DNA of 64,000 nucleotides. Source: Kiloniellaceae bacterium. GTDB lineage: Bacteria > Pseudomonadota > Alphaproteobacteria > Kiloniellales > J153. Position numbers and translations under genes: made by a program. This document shows, piece after piece, positions 1 through 9,435 of the stretch (the stretch's first letter is position 1; every line of letters begins with the position of its first letter). The stretch covers positions 19,852 through 83,851 of the forward strand of contig JAJFGL010000059.1 of NCBI GenBank assembly GCA_021776135.1. The letters are read 5' to 3'. Below the pieces are notes generated by a model that was given only the letters and a program-made list of their open reading frames with translations, did no database searches and was not told where the DNA came from.

Positions 1-753
1 TTGCGCTGGTTGGTCGAGGCCGGCGCCGACGAAGCGATAGGCGAGGTGGCGCAAGATCGCTTGGCGGCGCCCGCGCCTATACCTACCCCACCTAAGCCAA
101 GCGCGCGCAAGCTAACGTCAAACGACGCGGTCCTGGCCTCGGCACGCGACCTGGCGCACGGGGCGCGAAATCTGGTGCAGCTACGCGCGGCCCTGGAGTC
201 CTTCGAGGGCTGTCCCTTGCGCCAAGACGCGACCAACCTGGTTTTCGCCGACGGCAATCCGAAAGCCAAGGTCATGATTCTGGGCGAGGGGCCGGGCGCG
301 GAAGAAGACCGCCAAGGCCTGCCCTTCGTCGGCGCCTCGGGTCAGTTGCTGGATCGTATGCTGGCCTGCATCGGCCTGGACCGGACTTCCGTCTATATAA
401 CCAATATGCTGTTCTGGCGCCCGCCGGGTAATCGCACCCCGACCGGGCACGAGCTTGCTTCTTGCCTGCCCTTCGTCGAACGGCATATCGAGCTGGTCGA
501 TCCGGGGTATTTATTCTTGATCGGCGGCACCCCGGCCAAGACCCTCCTGGGCCGGAGCGAGGGAATTCTGCGTCTGCGCGGCAAGTGGACCCATTACCAG
601 CACCCGGGCATGCCCCGCCCGGTCCCCGCCCTGCCAAGCTTGCACCCCGCCTATCTGCTGCGCCAGCCGGGCCAGAAACGCCTTGCCTGGCAAGACCTTA
701 TGGCCCTGCGGGCGGCGCTCGATTCGGGTAAAGATCCCTTGTTGGCGGGCTAA
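1..753 (+). CDS. Uracil-DNA glycosylase, family 4 (true 5' end may lie upstream of the window)
   Basis: ORF open to the window edge. Family-4 UDG motif [29 protein letters not shown] and C-terminal SLHPAYLLR. Confidence 0.85.
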   Translation: MRWLVEAGADEAIGEVAQDRLAAPAPIPTPPKPSARKLTSNDAVLASARDLAHGARNLVQLRAALESFEGCPLRQDATNLVFADGNPKAKVMILGEGPGAEEDRQGLPFVGASGQLLDRMLACIGLDRTSVYITNMLFWRPPGNRTPTGHELASCLPFVERHIELVDPGYLFLIGGTPAKTLLGRSEGILRLRGKWTHYQHPGMPRPVPALPSLHPAYLLRQPGQKRLAWQDLMALRAALDSGKDPLLAG

Positions 754-853
754 TCCTTAACGCGATATTCACGCCGATCCGCGAGACTGGAAGGCACGAG
801 TTGCCTCGCATTTGGCAAATAGTTAACGTGTCCCGAAAAGGGGAGGCAAAAGG

Positions 854-2743
854 GTGCGTCTGTTTCGCAAGACCCGTCATATTCGGGCGGTTTTCCGATG
901 CGTCATAGGGCTTGGGGCGGTCTGGGCCGCGCTGACAGCCGTGCCCGCCGCCGCGGAAACGGCCGTGCCTGGTGGATCGCTGGTGGCGATCCCGGCAACG
1001 GTCGGCGGGCTTGCCAGTCCCCCCTCGCAGCACAGCTTGCGTTTGCCCCAGGTTCTCGCGGCGCGGGACGCGGAGCTTTACAGCGAGATCTTCGCGCTCC
1101 AGGAAGCTGGCAATTGGAAGGCGGCGGACGCGCGCATCGCACAGATCGCGGACCGGCGCCTCATGGGCCATGTCCTGGGGCAGCGCTATATGCACCCGAC
1201 GGCCTATCGCTCGAAGTACAAGGAATTGCGCGCTTGGATGGCTGACTACGCCGATCATCCCGAGGCGCGGCGTATTTACAAATTGGCGGTTAAGCGGCGA
1301 CCCAAGAACTACCTGCGGCCGGCGCCGCCGGCGGCGCGTAAGGCCAGCGTGGGAAGCCGGACCTACCGGCCGGCGAAGACCTACCGCTCGACCAAGCGCC
1401 TGGGCAAAAAACAGCGCCGCCAGTCCCGGCGGCTGAAACGCCAGATCCGGCGCAATGTGCTGAGCACCCGGCTGTCAGTTACCGAGCAACTTCTCAATAG
1501 CCGCCAGGCCGAAGCCCTTCTGGACGCGGTAGAGATCGACATCGGCCGTTCCGACATCGCCGCCGCCTGGTATTATTTCGGGCGCGACGAAAAAGCCTAT
1601 GGCTTGGCCAACGCGGCGGCGGCCCGTTCGGGCGATCACGTCGCCATCGCCAATTGGACCGCCGGTTTGGCCGCTTGGCGGCTTGGCAAGTTGGAAAATG
1701 CGCGCCAGCACTTCGAAACCCTGGCGGTTTCCAAGCAGGTGTCGTCCTGGAACGCGGCCTCCGGCGCCTATTGGGCGGCGCGGGTCAATCTCAAGCTGCG
1801 CCGGCCCGGCGAGATGAGTAAATGGCTGTGGCGCGCGGCGCAGTTCCCACGCACTTTTTACGGTCTGCTCGCGCTCCGCGCCCTGGGCCTGCAACCAAGC
1901 TTCGAGTTCGCGCGGCGCCAGCTAGACCCCGAAATGCTCGCGCGGCTCGAGGCCGAGCCCACCAGCGCCCGCGCGCTCGCGCTCATGCAGATCGGGCAGA
2001 AGCGGCGCGCGGAGAGGGAATTGCGCGGCATGAAAGCTTGGGCCGGCGCCGAAATGACGCGCGCCCTCCTGGCTTTGGCCGAGAGCGCGCAGATGGCGGA
2101 GCTGGCTTTCCGCCTGGGCAACCGCCTCGCCCTCTCCGAATCTCCGGACGCGGCGCTGGGCCCGCTCGATGTCGCACTGTACCCAATTCCCCCGTGGCGG
2201 CCCGATAGCGGCTTCAAGGTCGACCGGGCCCTGGTCTATGCCCTTATCCGTCAGGAATCCGGCTTCAATCCCAGGGCCAAGAGTCCGGATGGCGCGCGCG
2301 GCCTCATGCAGCTCATGCCGCGCACCGCCAGTTACATGGCCCGCGACCGCGCCGACCGGCGTTCAAAGCGGGGCAAGCTCTTCGATCCGGGCATCAATCT
2401 GGAGCTAGGTCAACGCTATATCACCCACCTGCTCAAACACTCGGTCGTGCAAGGCAACTTGTTCCGCCTGACCGCCGCCTACAACGGCGGGCCAGGCAAT
2501 CTGAACAAATGGCAACGCAATATGGACTATGACGACGATCCCCTGCTATTTATCGAGAGCCTGCCGTCCAAGGAGACGCGCCTTTTCATCGAACGAGTGC
2601 TGACCAACCTATGGATTTACCGCATGCGCCTGGGCCAGGAAGCCCCCTCCCTCGACGGCCTGGCCGCCGGACGCTGGCCGCTCTATGTGCCCCTCGACAC
2701 CTCGCCGCCGGAGCTCGCCAAGCGTGAGCAAGCCAGCAACTAG
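854..2743 (+). CDS. Secreted lytic transglycosylase (SLT domain, Slt-like)
   Basis: 629-aa ORF with a GTG start. N-terminal hydrophobic signal-like segment (VIGLGAVWAALTAVPAAA), helical repeat region, and C-terminal SLT catalytic motif LIRQESGFNPRAKSPDGARGLMQLMP...AAYNGGPGN. Confidence 0.85.
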   Translation: MRLFRKTRHIRAVFRCVIGLGAVWAALTAVPAAAETAVPGGSLVAIPATVGGLASPPSQHSLRLPQVLAARDAELYSEIFALQEAGNWKAADARIAQIADRRLMGHVLGQRYMHPTAYRSKYKELRAWMADYADHPEARRIYKLAVKRRPKNYLRPAPPAARKASVGSRTYRPAKTYRSTKRLGKKQRRQSRRLKRQIRRNVLSTRLSVTEQLLNSRQAEALLDAVEIDIGRSDIAAAWYYFGRDEKAYGLANAAAARSGDHVAIANWTAGLAAWRLGKLENARQHFETLAVSKQVSSWNAASGAYWAARVNLKLRRPGEMSKWLWRAAQFPRTFYGLLALRALGLQPSFEFARRQLDPEMLARLEAEPTSARALALMQIGQKRRAERELRGMKAWAGAEMTRALLALAESAQMAELAFRLGNRLALSESPDAALGPLDVALYPIPPWRPDSGFKVDRALVYALIRQESGFNPRAKSPDGARGLMQLMPRTASYMARDRADRRSKRGKLFDPGINLELGQRYITHLLKHSVVQGNLFRLTAAYNGGPGNLNKWQRNMDYDDDPLLFIESLPSKETRLFIERVLTNLWIYRMRLGQEAPSLDGLAAGRWPLYVPLDTSPPELAKREQASN

Positions 2744-3266
2744 AATCGACGAATCCAAACCCTTCCAGGCGATCCGTATCGCGGTCCTGACCGTTTCCGA
2801 TACCCGTAGCCTCGAGGACGACAAGTCCGGCCGCACTCTGGCCGAGATGATCGCCGCCGACGGCCATGCGGTGGCGCGGCGCGAGATCGTGAAGGACGAC
2901 GTGGCCGCCATCGCCGCGCGTCTGCGCGCCTATATCCAAGACCCCGAAATCGACGTCGCCATTTCCACCGGCGGCACCGGGGTCACCGGACGCGACACAA
3001 CGCCGGAAGCCTTCAAGCAGGTCATGGAGAAAGAGATCGAGGGCTTCGGTGAATTGTTCCGCATGCTCAGCTTCGCCAAGATCGGCACCTCGACCATACA
3101 AAGCCGGGCCTTGGGCGGGGTCGCCGGCGGCACCTATCTCTTCGCCCTGCCCGGTTCGCCCTCAGCCTGCCGCGACGCTTGGCAGGACATCTTGTGCCAC
3201 CAACTGGATATCCGGACCCGGCCCTGCAATCTGGCTGAACTCATGCCGCGCCTGACCGAGACATAG
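2724..3266 (+). CDS. moaB: Molybdenum cofactor biosynthesis protein B (MoaB/MogA fold)
   Basis: Motifs IRIAVLTVSDTRS, DVAISTGGTGVTGRDTTPEA and LPGSPSA. The start is ambiguous: an in-frame GTG at 2724 overlaps slt by 20 nt, while the ATG at 2685 would overlap it by 59 nt. Confidence 0.75.
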   Translation: MSKPATRIDESKPFQAIRIAVLTVSDTRSLEDDKSGRTLAEMIAADGHAVARREIVKDDVAAIAARLRAYIQDPEIDVAISTGGTGVTGRDTTPEAFKQVMEKEIEGFGELFRMLSFAKIGTSTIQSRALGGVAGGTYLFALPGSPSACRDAWQDILCHQLDIRTRPCNLAELMPRLTET

Positions 3267-3283
3267 AGCACTTTCCGGCCATA

Positions 3284-3868
3284 TTAAGCCATTTGACCGG
3301 AAAGCGCTCTATAGGCCGCCAGATCGGCGCCGGTATCCACGTCGGCAAGCGGCGCCAGATAAGCCACGCGGAACCGGCGCAGGTTCGCCACCGTATCGGC
3401 CAGGGCATGGGCGCTGGACCAGCGCACGTCCGCGAAGGGATCGCGCGGGCCGGGGCGCCGCCGCGCCGCGCCGATCAGCCAATAGCCACCGTCGCTGGCC
3501 GGGCCGAAGACCCAATCCTGGGCGCCCAGGGCGCGCAAGGCCTGCACGATATGGCCGCGTCCCAAGTCCGGAATATCGGTGCCGACGATAACCACGGGAC
3601 CGGGCGGTAGCTGGCGCAGGAAGCGCCCCATGCGCGCACCCAGATCGCCGCGCCCCTGGGGAACGCCGCGCCGGGCCGCGCGATCCGGTGTCACGGCCAG
3701 CCACAGCGTCCAACGCGGGTCGCGGCCCAACTCGCGTGATAGGCGGGTCAGATTCCGCCGGTAAAAATTCAAGGCGGCGAGCGCCCCGATATCGCGCGCC
3801 AAGCGGCGCTTGACCGCCCCCAGACGCGGCGCCCGCGCCATGACCACCAGATGCGCCCGCCGGGTCAT
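3284..3868 (-). CDS. DUF2064 / TIGR04282-type glycosyltransferase-like protein
   Basis: Pattern VVMARAPRLGAVKRRL...GDLGARM...GPVVIVGTDIPDL...VFGPASDGGYWLIG is typical of DUF2064. Its start overlaps the stop of the upstream GT2 gene by 4 nt (ATGA). Confidence 0.7.
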   Translation of the reverse strand: MTRRAHLVVMARAPRLGAVKRRLARDIGALAALNFYRRNLTRLSRELGRDPRWTLWLAVTPDRAARRGVPQGRGDLGARMGRFLRQLPPGPVVIVGTDIPDLGRGHIVQALRALGAQDWVFGPASDGGYWLIGAARRRPGPRDPFADVRWSSAHALADTVANLRRFRVAYLAPLADVDTGADLAAYRALSGQMA

Positions 3869-4581
3869 GCGTAAAGCCGCTTCAAGGTATCGGGCGGCAC
3901 ACCCAGGAAATAAAGCGCAAGGATCGCGAGATTACGCAGGGGCCGCAGCCACCAGCCCCCGGCCCGGTAGCGCGCGGCGGAAGTGAGCGCGATAGCGTCC
4001 AGCTCGACAAAATTACCGCGGCCGATGCGGCGCGCGAGATCCACATCCTCCATGAGCGGCATTGGCCGGAACCCGCCAAGTGCCTCATAGAAGCGGCGCG
4101 AGATCAACAGGCCCTGATCGCCATAGGGCAGCCCCAGAACCCGGCAACGCCAGCGCGCCAGGCGTTCGATCCGCCGGGCACGAGGATCGCCGTCGTCCAA
4201 GGCGAGGCAGAACGCCGCCGCCCGGCCTTCGCTACCGAGTGTTTCCATGAAGCCTTGAACCGCCGCCGCCCAGCCTTCGCTTAAGAGCGTATCGGCGTGC
4301 AGAAACAGAAGCCATGCCCCCTTCGCCGCCGCCGCGCCGGCCGCCAATTGCCGGCCCCGGCCGGGGCAATTTTCCAGAACCCGCGCCCCGGCCGCCCGCG
4401 CGACCTGGGCGGTCTCATCAAGCGAGCCGCCGTCGACCACAACAACCTCCTCCACAAGGCCCGAGCGCCGCCCCTCTTCCAAGGCCAGCAGGGTTGCCGC
4501 GAGGCTCGATGCCGCGTTGAGGGTGGGGATAACGACACTGACTTGATGGGATGGTGCGCGAGTCATGCGCGGGTTTAGCAC
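3865..4581 (-). CDS. Family-2 glycosyltransferase (TIGR04283-like partner of DUF2064)
   Basis: GT2 motifs VSVVIPTLNAA, VVVDGGSLDET and LLFLHADTLL. Translationally coupled to the DUF2064 gene. Confidence 0.75.
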   Translation of the reverse strand: MLNPRMTRAPSHQVSVVIPTLNAASSLAATLLALEEGRRSGLVEEVVVVDGGSLDETAQVARAAGARVLENCPGRGRQLAAGAAAAKGAWLLFLHADTLLSEGWAAAVQGFMETLGSEGRAAAFCLALDDGDPRARRIERLARWRCRVLGLPYGDQGLLISRRFYEALGGFRPMPLMEDVDLARRIGRGNFVELDAIALTSAARYRAGGWWLRPLRNLAILALYFLGVPPDTLKRLYA

Positions 4582-4602
4582 AGAGGCATCCCATGGGGGA
4601 GT

Positions 4603-5739
4603 GTGGACCTGGCCCGCGCGGGCATGTTAGGGCTTCGCACCCCTATGCCTCAGAACCCTGACACGCCGCCCCGACTCGATCTCGATGCGCTCGCATCCGC
4701 CGTCGCTGTCTTGCCGGGTTATGGCGATCTTGGGCGCCGGGATCTCGAACTCATGCGGGTCAAAGGCCTGGCCCACGATCATGTGGCTTTGCGCGGCCGG
4801 GGCGTGCTGCTGCGCGTGCCCCGGCAAAGCCAGTTCGCCCTCTCGGCGGCCAAGAACCTGGCCTATCAGGCGGCCTGTTTCGAGCGGGTGAGCGCCGGCG
4901 GCCAGGCGCCGCGCCTGCACGGCACGCTCGCGCCGCAGCAGCGCATCCCCATGGGCGCCCTGCTGGTCGATTACATCGAGGGCCGGCCGCCGCGCTTGCC
5001 GCAAGACCTGGCCGCCCTGGCCGCGTGCATGGCCCGGGTTCATGCCCTGCCCTTGCCTCAAGAACGCGCACCGCTTGCCGTTCATACGGACCCTGTGGGC
5101 GGCGCCATGGCCGAGATCGAGGCCCAAGCCTTGTATCTGGATGACGCCGGGCTCAGCCGCGCGGCACGATCGGAGATCGAAGCGGAACTGTCCTGGGCGC
5201 GGGATTTCCAAAAAACTCCGGGCGGCGAGCAGCCGGTGACCCTGGTTCTGACCGACACCCACCCCGGCAATTTCCTGATCGACGCGCAGGGCCAGGCCAT
5301 AGTCGTCGATTTGGAAAAGGCGCTCTACGGCTCCCCCGGCACCGATCTGGCCCATGCCACGATTTATTCCTCGACCACCTGGGATACCGACACCTGGGCC
5401 GACCTTAGCCTTGAGGAAGTGGCGGATTTTTACCGGGAATATCTGTCGCGGCTCGACCCCGCCATGGCGGCGCGCCTGCGGCCCTGGCTGGTTCCCTTAC
5501 GCCGGATTACCATGCTGCGCGCCATCACCTGGTGCGTGAAGTGGAAAGTCCTGCACCGGGCTACGCGCCTGGACTCCAAGCACAAGGCCGCCAGCACCGA
5601 GGATTGGTCGGCCGAAAACACCGAAGCGGCCCTGATCGCCCACGTCGCCGGCAGGGTCGCGGAGTATCTGAACGCGGCCACCCTGCGCCGCATGCGTGCC
5701 GAGTGGCTGGACGAACCGGGCTTGGCGGCGATGATCTAA
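4603..5739 (+). CDS. Phosphotransferase, APH/choline-kinase family
   Basis: Kinase catalytic loop LVLTDTHPGNFLID and metal-binding VVDLEKALYGSPGTDLA. GTG start, divergent from the GT pair. Confidence 0.75.
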   Translation: MDLARAGMLGLRTPMPQNPDTPPRLDLDALASAVAVLPGYGDLGRRDLELMRVKGLAHDHVALRGRGVLLRVPRQSQFALSAAKNLAYQAACFERVSAGGQAPRLHGTLAPQQRIPMGALLVDYIEGRPPRLPQDLAALAACMARVHALPLPQERAPLAVHTDPVGGAMAEIEAQALYLDDAGLSRAARSEIEAELSWARDFQKTPGGEQPVTLVLTDTHPGNFLIDAQGQAIVVDLEKALYGSPGTDLAHATIYSSTTWDTDTWADLSLEEVADFYREYLSRLDPAMAARLRPWLVPLRRITMLRAITWCVKWKVLHRATRLDSKHKAASTEDWSAENTEAALIAHVAGRVAEYLNAATLRRMRAEWLDEPGLAAMI

Positions 5740-5830
5740 ACATGGCAGCCATGCGCGGGCGATCCTTGGGTTCGGCGTACGGCGGCGTATAGGATTTGAG
5801 CGTTAGAAGTTCATAGCGGGAAGGACTGGC

Positions 5831-7033
5831 ATGACGGGCAAGACTTGGCGGTTACCGGCCGTTATTCTGATTTGCGGCGCGTCTATCCTGGCGCTCAATA
5901 TGGGAACCCGGCAGACCTTCGGCCTGTTCCTGGAGCCCATGACCGAAGCCTATGGCATCGGGCGCGGCAACTTCGCCCTGGCCATCGCCGTACAGAACCT
6001 GATCTGGGGTTTGCTGACGCCGGTTTTCGGCGTTCTCGCCGATCGCTACGGGACCGCGCGTTGTTTGATTTTCGGCGGCATAGTTTACGTTTGCGGCCTG
6101 CTCATCATGGCCCTTGGCGATTCGGTCTTTTCCCTGCACCTGGGCGGCGGCGTCTTGGTCGGCATCGCGGTCGCGGCCTGCGGCTTTCCCATGGTGTTGT
6201 CGGCAGTCGCCCGGGCCGTGCCCCCGGAGAAGCGCAGCTTCGCCCTGGGGATCACCTCGGCGGGCGGATCGGTGGGGCAATTCCTGTTGTTGCCCTTTAC
6301 CCAGATCACCATGGGCTGGCTCGGCTGGGCCGGGGCCTTGCTCGTGCTCGCCGCCCTCAGCGCCCTGATCGTGCCCTTGGCGTTTGCCTTGGCCGGCAAG
6401 CCCGCGGCGGCCTCGTCCGGCAGCCTTACCCTGGGCGCCGCCGTGACCGAGGCGCGCCGTCACCGCGGCTACCAGCTTTTGAACGGCGGGTTTTTCGTCT
6501 GCGGGTTTCATGTCGCCTTCATCGCCACCCACCTGCCCGCCTACATCAACACCTTCGGCCTCGATCCCATCGTTGGCGCCTCCGCCCTGGGCGTGATCGG
6601 TTTTTTCAACATCGTCGGCGGTCTTTTGGCCGGATACCTGGGCGGGAAATACCGCAAAAAATACCTGCTGTCGGGTATCTATCTCGCGCGGGTGGTTACC
6701 ATCGCTCTGTTCATGATCGCGCCCAAAACGGAACTGGCCGTCTGGGTATTCTCCGCCAGTTTCGGCCTCTTGTGGCTCAGTACCGTGCCCCTGACCAGCG
6801 GCCTGGTCGGCGATATCTTCGGCCCGCGTTACATGGCGACCCTGTTCGGAATTGTCATGCTGAGCCACCAGATGGGTTCGTTCTTCGGCGCCTGGCTGGG
6901 CGGCATCAGCTACGATATGACCGGTTCCTACGATGCCGTGTGGATGGTGGCGATCGCGCTTGGCCTCATGGCGGCGGCGTTGCATTGGCCCATCGCCGAC
7001 CGGCCAGTGGCGGAAACCCGCGCGCCGGCTTAA
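5831..7033 (+). CDS. MFS transporter
   Basis: 400 aa with about 12 hydrophobic spans and the MFS loop motif GVLADRYGTAR. The alternate-frame 487-aa ORF across the same DNA is Arg/Gly/Pro-rich noise. Confidence 0.85.
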   Translation: MTGKTWRLPAVILICGASILALNMGTRQTFGLFLEPMTEAYGIGRGNFALAIAVQNLIWGLLTPVFGVLADRYGTARCLIFGGIVYVCGLLIMALGDSVFSLHLGGGVLVGIAVAACGFPMVLSAVARAVPPEKRSFALGITSAGGSVGQFLLLPFTQITMGWLGWAGALLVLAALSALIVPLAFALAGKPAAASSGSLTLGAAVTEARRHRGYQLLNGGFFVCGFHVAFIATHLPAYINTFGLDPIVGASALGVIGFFNIVGGLLAGYLGGKYRKKYLLSGIYLARVVTIALFMIAPKTELAVWVFSASFGLLWLSTVPLTSGLVGDIFGPRYMATLFGIVMLSHQMGSFFGAWLGGISYDMTGSYDAVWMVAIALGLMAAALHWPIADRPVAETRAPA

Positions 7034-8448
7034 CCCTCGATCCAGGCGATGCGCAGCACATTGGTCGCGCCCGGCGTGCCGAAGGGCACCCCGGCGGTGA
7101 CGATTATTTTATCGCCCGCCTTGGCGATCCCCTCGGTCACCGCGATGCCGCAGGCCTTTTGAACCATCTCCTGAAAGGAACTTACATCGGCGGTCCGCAC
7201 ACAGTGCGCCCCCCAGGTAACCGCCAGACGGCGCGCGGTCTCGAGCTTCGAGGTCAGCACCAGGATCGGCACGTGGGGGCGCTCACGCGCCGCGCGCAGG
7301 GCGGTTGAGCCCGAAGTCGTATAGCTGACGATGGCCGCGGCCTCGATAGTGGCCGCGACCTGCGCGGCGGCGGCGGAGATGGCGTCGGGCGCGGTCGGTT
7401 CCGGCTCCGGGTGCAGAGCGTGCAGGACCGGCCGGTACAAGGGGTCGGCCTCGGTCCGAACCGCGATTCGATCCATCATGGTAACTGTTTCGACCGGATA
7501 GTCGCCGCTGGCGGTTTCCGCCGACAGCATCACGGCATCGGCGCCGTCGTAGACGGCGGTCGCCACGTCGGAAGCCTCCGCGCGCGTGGGCGCCGGCGCA
7601 TGGATCATGGAATCGAGCATCTGGGTCGCGACCACCACCGGCTTACCGGCCAGGCGGCAGGCCCGAATGATACGTTTCTGAAGGCTGGGCACGTCCTCGG
7701 GCGGCATCTCCACGCCCAGATCGCCGCGCGCGACCATGACCGCGTCGGACATCTCGATCAAACGCTCGAGATGGTCGATCGCGGCCGGCTTCTCGACCTT
7801 GATCATGATCGCCGCGCGCCCGGCGATCAGGCGCCGGGCCTCGGCCACGTCCTCGGGCCTCTGGACAAAGGAGAGGCCGACCCAGTCGGCGCCCAGTTCA
7901 AGCCCAAACCGCAAATCCTTTCGGTCCTTGTCGGTAAGAGGCGAGATCGGCAGAATCACACCCGGAACGTTGACGCCCTTGCGGTTCGACAAGGGGCCGC
8001 CCGTGATTATTTCGGTCTCGGCGAAATCCGCGCCGCATTCCGTGACCCTGAGCCGCAGCTTGCCGTCGTCGAGTAGCAGGTCCGCGCCGGGCTTGAGCGC
8101 CGCGAAGATTTCAGGATGGGGAAGCGGGGCGCGCCGGGCGTCGCCGGGGGCGTCATCCAGATCGAGGCGAAATCGCTCGCCGGCTATTAGTTCCACGGAA
8201 TCGCCCGCCATGGCGCCGACGCGCAACTTGGGTCCCTGCAGGTCCATCAGTATGCCGATAGGCCGATCGGTTTCGCTTTCCAGGGCCCGGATGGTTTTAA
8301 CGTTACGCTGGTGATCTTTGTGAGTACCGTGGCTGAAATTTAACCGGAACACATCCACGCCGGCATCGAACAAGGAGCGAACGATCGCCGGGTCGCAGGA
8401 CGCCGGCCCCATGGTCGCGATGATTTTAACTCTACGATGACGTGGCAT
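7030..8448 (-). CDS. pyk: Pyruvate kinase
   Basis: N-terminus KIIATMGPAS...FRLNFSHG, plus MVARGDLGVE and ATQMLDSM motifs. 472 aa. Confidence 0.95.
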   Translation of the reverse strand: MPRHRRVKIIATMGPASCDPAIVRSLFDAGVDVFRLNFSHGTHKDHQRNVKTIRALESETDRPIGILMDLQGPKLRVGAMAGDSVELIAGERFRLDLDDAPGDARRAPLPHPEIFAALKPGADLLLDDGKLRLRVTECGADFAETEIITGGPLSNRKGVNVPGVILPISPLTDKDRKDLRFGLELGADWVGLSFVQRPEDVAEARRLIAGRAAIMIKVEKPAAIDHLERLIEMSDAVMVARGDLGVEMPPEDVPSLQKRIIRACRLAGKPVVVATQMLDSMIHAPAPTRAEASDVATAVYDGADAVMLSAETASGDYPVETVTMMDRIAVRTEADPLYRPVLHALHPEPEPTAPDAISAAAAQVAATIEAAAIVSYTTSGSTALRAARERPHVPILVLTSKLETARRLAVTWGAHCVRTADVSSFQEMVQKACGIAVTEGIAKAGDKIIVTAGVPFGTPGATNVLRIAWIEG

Positions 8449-8478
8449 ACTTGAATACGGTCCTTACCCTATGGCCGA

Positions 8479-9303
8479 TTATCTAGCGTTGGAGCGAACA
8501 TCGCCGCGCGAAGCCTTGGGCGGCATTTCCACCTCTGGCGCGTTCCGATAATTCGATAACACGGTTTGCAGGTGCTCGGCCATTGCCCGCGCAGCCATAT
8601 CGCCGTCCCGCGCCTTGATCGCTTTAACTATCGCGCGATGTTGTTTCAAAAAAATCCGATCCTGGGTTGGATCGATATACAGAGTGTAGAGATGGTTGGT
8701 GAACATCTCTACAAGGATGCTGCTCAACATGCTTATCAAATGCATATAGATAGCACTACCCGATGCTTTGCCGATTGCCTGGTGCAAACGTTGATCGTCC
8801 TGGGCCTTTAAAGACTCGTCGCGGCCGGGCCGGCTCATGATCGCCATGGCATCCTCGATTTCGGCGATGCGCTCGTCGGTGCCCCTTTCCGCCGCGCGGC
8901 GCGCCGCCCATACCTCAAGCCCGGCGTGAAGCTCGGCAAGATCGTGCAGGTTTTGGTGGCTGTCTAGTACAAGCTGCGTTAAAGCCGATGTCCCGTTCTC
9001 GTCATCGGCGGCCAAGACCCGGGTACCGCCGCCTTGCACGGCGGCGACAAAACCCTGGCTTTTGAGATGCCGCAGCGCCGTACGAATCGTGACTCGGCTC
9101 ACGTTCATCATTTCAGCCAGCCGCCGCTCGCCAGGCAAGCGCTCGTCGGGTAATAAATCGCCCGCGGCGATCATACGCAGCAGTTCCTGCTCCACACGAT
9201 CCGCGATCCGTTCGCGCGGAATTTCGTGGAACTTTAGATCCTGGGCTGTGTTCAGCTTAGACATGGGCAGGGGGCCGGAATCGGCGGCTGCCGAAACTGG
9301 CAT
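8479..9303 (-). CDS. GntR-family transcriptional regulator (FadR/FCD subfamily)
   Basis: N-terminal winged HTH LPGERRLAEMMNVSRVTIRTALRHLKSQGFV and a C-terminal all-helical FCD-like domain. An alternative start, MSKLNT, lies at 9264. Confidence 0.8.
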   Translation of the reverse strand: MPVSAAADSGPLPMSKLNTAQDLKFHEIPRERIADRVEQELLRMIAAGDLLPDERLPGERRLAEMMNVSRVTIRTALRHLKSQGFVAAVQGGGTRVLAADDENGTSALTQLVLDSHQNLHDLAELHAGLEVWAARRAAERGTDERIAEIEDAMAIMSRPGRDESLKAQDDQRLHQAIGKASGSAIYMHLISMLSSILVEMFTNHLYTLYIDPTQDRIFLKQHRAIVKAIKARDGDMAARAMAEHLQTVLSNYRNAPEVEMPPKASRGDVRSNAR

Positions 9304-9435
9304 ATTGATAAGACCACTTCATGGAGGTTTATCGGTCAAGCCCGCCTCCCGGTCAAGGCGCGCGGCGGCCCACACCGTCGAATCCGGTTCATCCCTGTTA
9401 CGCCGCGATGCCCCCCGCTATAGTCCGGCTCAGCC

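Noticed and set aside
5845-7308. 487-aa plus-strand ORF, and the 377-aa antisense ORF at 5852-6985, overlapping the MFS transporter and running into pyk
   Set aside because: Both translations are monotonously Arg/Gly/Pro/Ala-rich with no motifs. This is typical of off-frame and antisense open frames in high-GC DNA. The MFS frame has coherent TM periodicity and family motifs.
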